A stretch of DNA of 64,000 nt from Octopus sinensis (Eukaryota): the NCBI RefSeq assembly GCF_006345805.1, contig NC_043006.1, positions 40,176,001 through 40,240,000 of the forward strand. Direction: 5' to 3'. Within the stretch, counting starts at the first letter, position 1. Every line of letters begins with the position of its first letter. Positions 63,740 to 64,000 of this stretch are shown here, piece by piece. A model generated the notes under the pieces. It worked only from the letters and a program-made list of their open reading frames with translations, was not told where the DNA came from and did no database searches. Both the position numbers and the translations under genes were made by a program.

Positions 63740-64000
63740 TGATACTGGCTTCCGTGCCGGTTGCACATAAAAAGCACCATTCATTACTGGCACGTGAAAA
63801 AACATTCGGGTGAGGTCGTTGCCAGTGCCACTGGACTGGCTCCTGTGCAGGTGGCACGTAAAAAAACCACCATTTGAGGGTGGCCATTGCCAGTACCGCC
63901 TGACTGGCCCTCGTGCTGGTGGCAATTAAAAGCACCCACTACACTCTTGGAGTGGTTGGCGTTAGAAAGGGCATCCAGCTGTGGAAACTGCCAGATCAAG
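63740..64000 (+). mobile_element. SINE-like repeat with internal tandem subunits, cut by the window end
   Basis: Repeated gtggcacgtaaaaa...gccagt units, then ggcgttagaaagggcatccagctg; related pieces at about 5700-5850 and 17540-17620. Confidence 0.6.

Overview
AT-rich, repeat-dense animal genomic DNA. By inference from its SINE families and (TA)n/(TG)n load it is most likely an octopus; this was not confirmed by any search. Nearly all ORFs in the supplied track are microsatellite or transposon artefacts. The one convincing coding region is a large + strand exon (ATG 45694, splice donor after 47275). It encodes a Myb/SANT-like domain of the Myb_DNA-bind_5 (MSANTD3/apontic-like) type, followed by Asn-, Asp/Glu- and His/Gln-rich tracts; later exons were not found. 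A 75-nt candidate exon (594-668, -) and a candidate promoter near 21.2 kb hint at a second gene running leftwards. The rest is a mix of tRNA-derived SINEs, RTE/CR1/R4 LINE fragments, a DD37D mariner-type element, a Helitron, several MITEs and a SINE-derived 105-bp minisatellite. The most interesting signal is about five families of minimal type I hammerhead-ribozyme motifs with palindromic stem III, as known from Penelope-like elements. One family is fused to a tRNA-derived Pol III head and inserted as an inverted pair with a 12-bp target-site duplication. CpG content also changes sharply at about 20.4 kb and about 50 kb, consistent with gene-body methylation. Repeat boundaries were read by eye and are approximate unless stated otherwise.
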